Below are positions 60,825 to 64,000 of a DNA stretch of 64,000 nucleotides, in pieces. Numbering within the stretch: the first letter of the stretch is position 1; each line of letters begins with the position of its first letter. The notes beneath the pieces are model-generated. The model saw nothing but the letters and a program-made list of their open reading frames with translations, did not search any database and was not told where the DNA came from. Position numbers and translations under genes: made by a program. The DNA lies in NCBI GenBank assembly GCA_950097015.1, contig CATNEN010000024.1:3906001-3970000 (forward strand), in the 5' to 3' direction. This DNA is from Macrostomum hystrix. Lineage: Eukaryota; Animalia; Platyhelminthes.

Positions 60825-60836
60825 CCGCTGACACCA
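60825..60836 (-). promoter_or_regulatory. Primer-binding site, probably tRNA-Leu
   Basis: TGGTGTCAGCGG 3 nt after the 5' LTR; TGGTGTCAG is complementary to the 3' end (CUGACACCA) of eukaryotic tRNA-Leu CAG/CAA. Confidence 0.8.
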
Positions 60837-60839
60837 AGT

Positions 60840-61594
60840 TGTCGTAGGGCTCCTTACTTAAATCTTACAGCTGCCACTAAGTTGTCGTAGGCTCTCTCCT
60901 CTTTGGGTTTAAATATCACCGATACTCTTTTATTAAATATTAACAATTGCTTATTTCACACCTTGAATTAACCTTTGAAATAACTCTTAATTTCCTTTGT
61001 CTATGACTTAGTTATTCTTCATAGGCTAGCTATGTATCCTCTTATTACATATGCATATATTGCTTAACTTGGCCAGATAGGCTGCTTTCCTTCCAAAATT
61101 TGGTAGCGTTCTCACGAGTGTCCGAGCGGCAAGACACTTCTTCCTCTCCTTACTTACTCACAACTGTCTGGCTCTCTGGTTTGTTCCCAGTCTTTCAAGG
61201 CTTCCAATGGACTGAAGTTGCCCAACTTTGCACACAGTGCTATTCACCAATCAGGATTTTACCCTCTGCTCTTTTGTTTTACACTCTACTACGGCTTTTT
61301 ATAACTATCTCCTTCTTTATTCTTTCGAATATTCACCGACTTGTGTATTATCACAGACCTGCTTTTCTCCTTCTCTCTAAAATAATTGAATTCAAACACT
61401 TTGAGTTTTATTCTCCTTTGTTTTCTCAGAACTGGGCACGGGGCACCGGTTGGGGATTTTGGGCAAAACTGCATCTATATTTATAGCAAAATTGGGGTGG
61501 ATGATACGGTGTATTATAACAAAATGAAAATCGGGAAAAAGCATTTGGCGGGAATTCAACTTATAATTCTACAATAAAATTTGGGCCTGCCTCA
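60840..61594 (-). repeat. 5' LTR
   Basis: Direct repeat of 52707-53461; followed on the minus strand by the PBS. Confidence 0.97.
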
Positions 61595-62440
61595 ATTATA
61601 TCATTTTAAATAAACTGTTGATAAATATTTTCGATTGGTATGAGATCACTATATTCTACCAATGAGTTTTTAATTATGCTCTGGCTTGTGTGGCCCCAAT
61701 TAGCTCAGAATCTACTGATCTTTTTAATGCTGATGTAGACTGTGCAATAAAAAAACTTTTTAGGCTGATGTGGCTTACTTTAATATTTGTTTATGGTCGA
61801 TGGTCAGTAAGAGTTTGGGTGTGCAAGTAATGCTTTGCAGGGAATAGGAGCAGGTTATTGATATTTTTATATCAAAATCAAAGGAGTTCCTGTGGCAACA
61901 TAGTACCCTGTTAACATGTTTGGTTACTTTCTCTACTGGGTTACCCATTACTAGGCCTAGCCACTGTAATAGGCTTTTTCCTGACAGTGTTTTAAATTCC
62001 TGAATGCTTTAATGAGTTTTTGAATGACTTGTTTTGACACAGTTTGTCTGTTTGTTGTTAACAATTGTAAATCTTCATTAAGAGTTTATTTAAAAAGCAA
62101 ATAATTTAATGAATGAAACTACAGTTATGTTGGTATATTAAATATTAAAACACTTGCTAGCAAAAGTAGATTGCTACAAAAGGCAGCTATGTACAGGTAA
62201 AGAAATTAGCAATCTAGTAGCTATATAAATTAATTAGGTTTGATGTTGAATTGTTTCACCTATACATTGCATGCAGTTTTTTGTATCAATCTAGCTAGCT
62301 ACTTTTGCAAACAATTTTTGTTTATGTTTGATATACTATAAAGCTATATATTTTATAATAAAGCCTAAATAAATTTTTATTTAATATGAACATGATTTAG
62401 GCAAGATAATATTTAAAAAATAGATACTATTTTTCAGGCT

Positions 62441-62858
62441 ATGAAGCAGTCACCCAATGGTTCAGTGGCTGAGACTGAGCATGCCAGATGCCAGGATCAG
62501 CCACTATCTGTTTGTGAGCAATGCTGTGATAGGACCTGCTACAAGTGGTGCCTAGCTGAGAGGCACAAACTGTCACATGATCCTAGCCTATTGGAGAGAG
62601 TGAGGCATGATTTACTATGTCCACCGCATGGCTGCACTGGCAAACTATTGGCAGGCCTGGCTGCCATTCTGCTTCTCTATGCCACTATCTGGTCTATTTT
62701 TCCTGAGCAGACAGTGCCAGGCACATGTGCCATTGTTCAAAGTAATCATTCCGGTGGAAACTCTTCTATGAACTCAACATTGACCAAAAAGCCTGAGATA
62801 AACTGTACTGGTGGATTATTTGGCCTGTTTCTGCTGTTCATCTCATCTATGCTGGCAG
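62441..62858 (+). CDS. SLC9B: SLC9B/NHA-type Na+/H+ antiporter, first coding exon; the gene continues beyond the window
   Basis: LLCPPHG..LLYATIWSIFPEQTVPG..GGLFGLFLLFISSMLAG resembles the NHA1/NHA2 N-terminal CPPHG plus first TM segments; acceptor TTTTCAG (62437) and donor CAG|GT (62858/62859). Confidence 0.82.
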
Positions 62859-63029
62859 GTGATAACAGATACCAGATTTTTTGTTTATTAGCTAGTTTTT
62901 CACATTTCTACTTTATCATTTTCCTTTCAGTGTGTCTTATTCAATGTCTACTTCGACTAAACCAATATTATTGGATGTCCCCTTACATTCCTTATTGGTT
63001 CCTTACATTCCTCGCTTTTTATGTTCCCT

Positions 63030-64000
63030 TACCTCATCTGTTATTTAATGTCCCATTACCTCATCTGTTACTTAATGTCCCATTACCTCATCTGTTACTT
63101 ATGTCCCATTACCTCATCTGTTATTTAATGTCCCATTCCCTCATCTGTTACTTAATGTCCCCTTACTGCAGATCTGCTATTTATTGTCCCATTACCTCAT
63201 CTGTTATTTAATGTCCCATTACCTCATCTGTTACTTAATGTCCCATAACCTCATCTGTTACTTAATGTCCCCTTACTGCAGATCTGCTATTTATTGTCCC
63301 ATTACCTCATCTGTTATTTAATGTCCCATTACCTCATCTGTTACTTAATGTCCCATAACCTCATCTGTTACTTAATGTCCCCTTACCACATCTGTAACTT
63401 AATGTCCCCTTACCACATCTGTAACTTAATGTCCCCTTACTGCATCTGCTATTTATTGTCCCATTACCTCATCTGTTATTTAATGTCCCATTACCTCATC
63501 TGTTATTTAATGTCCCATTACCTCATCTGTTATTTAATGTCCCATTACCTCATCTGTTATTTAATGTCCCATTACCTCATCTGTTATTTAATGTCCCATT
63601 ACCTCATCTGTTACTTAATGTCCCCTTACCACATCTGTAACTTAATGTCCCCTTACCACATCTGTAACTTAATGTCCCCTTACTGCATCTGCTATTTATT
63701 GTCCCATTACCTCATCTGTTATTTAATGTCCCATTACCTCATCTGTTATTTAATGTCCCATTACCTCATCTGTTATTTAATGTCCCATTACCTCATCTGT
63801 TATTTAATGTCCCATTACCTCATCTGTTATTTAATGTCCCATTACCTCATCTGTTATTTAATGTCCCATTACCTCATCTGTTATCTAATGTCCCATTACC
63901 TCATCTGTTATTTAATGTCCCATTACCTCATCTGCTATTTAATGTCCCATTACCTCATCTGTTATTTAATGTCCCATTACCTCATCTGTTATTTAATGTC
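63030..64000. repeat. 27-bp minisatellite, >30 copies, in the SLC9B intron; runs off the window edge
   Basis: Unit AATGTCCCATTACCTCATCTGTTATTT with recurring variant blocks. Confidence 0.95.

Larger units (their letters stand above)
52707..61594 (-). mobile_element. Full-length Ty3/Gypsy LTR retrotransposon, 8,888 bp
   Basis: 755-bp LTRs (52707-53461, 60840-61594) with TG..CA ends, apparently identical; 4-bp TSD ATTA (52703-52706, 61595-61598); PBS TGGTGTCAG; PPT AGGGGAAG; gag, PR-RT-RH-IN pol and an extra ORF. Confidence 0.98.

Noticed and set aside
62859-63211. C-terminal half of the 256-aa ORF (NVPLPHLL repeats)
   Set aside because: Read-through past the SLC9B donor at 62859 into the intron and the 27-bp minisatellite

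Overview
Eukaryotic (metazoan) genomic DNA with spliceosomal GT-AG introns. The gene style suggests a flatworm- or lophotrochozoan-like genome, but that is inference only. Host genes reconstructed by hand with in-frame splice junctions: PBX/extradenticle (+), a RING-coiled-coil-6xNHL TRIM-like gene (-), kappaB-Ras/NKIRAS (-), NELF-E (+), cofilin/ADF (-), RPL17 (+), an orphan ~946-aa ankyrin-like gene (+), and the first coding exon of an SLC9B/NHA antiporter (+). Mobile DNA includes two tRNA-derived SINE families, MITE/Helitron remnants and many minisatellites. Two structures stand out. (1) An intact, apparently very young Ty3/Gypsy element (52707-61594, -) has 755-bp LTRs, an ATTA TSD, a GGGAAAC -1 frameshift with a putative pseudoknot, a non-env Q-rich third ORF with its own promoter-like region, and a degenerate PBS copy inside U5. 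(2) A 10.8-kb segment (41353-52193) is bounded by 1,064-bp inverted repeats that look identical. It encloses no recognisable transposase but does carry a stand-alone eLOTUS-domain ORF (TDRD5/TDRD7-type), an orphan beta-rich exon and a Helitron remnant. No rRNA, true tRNA gene or CRISPR array was found.
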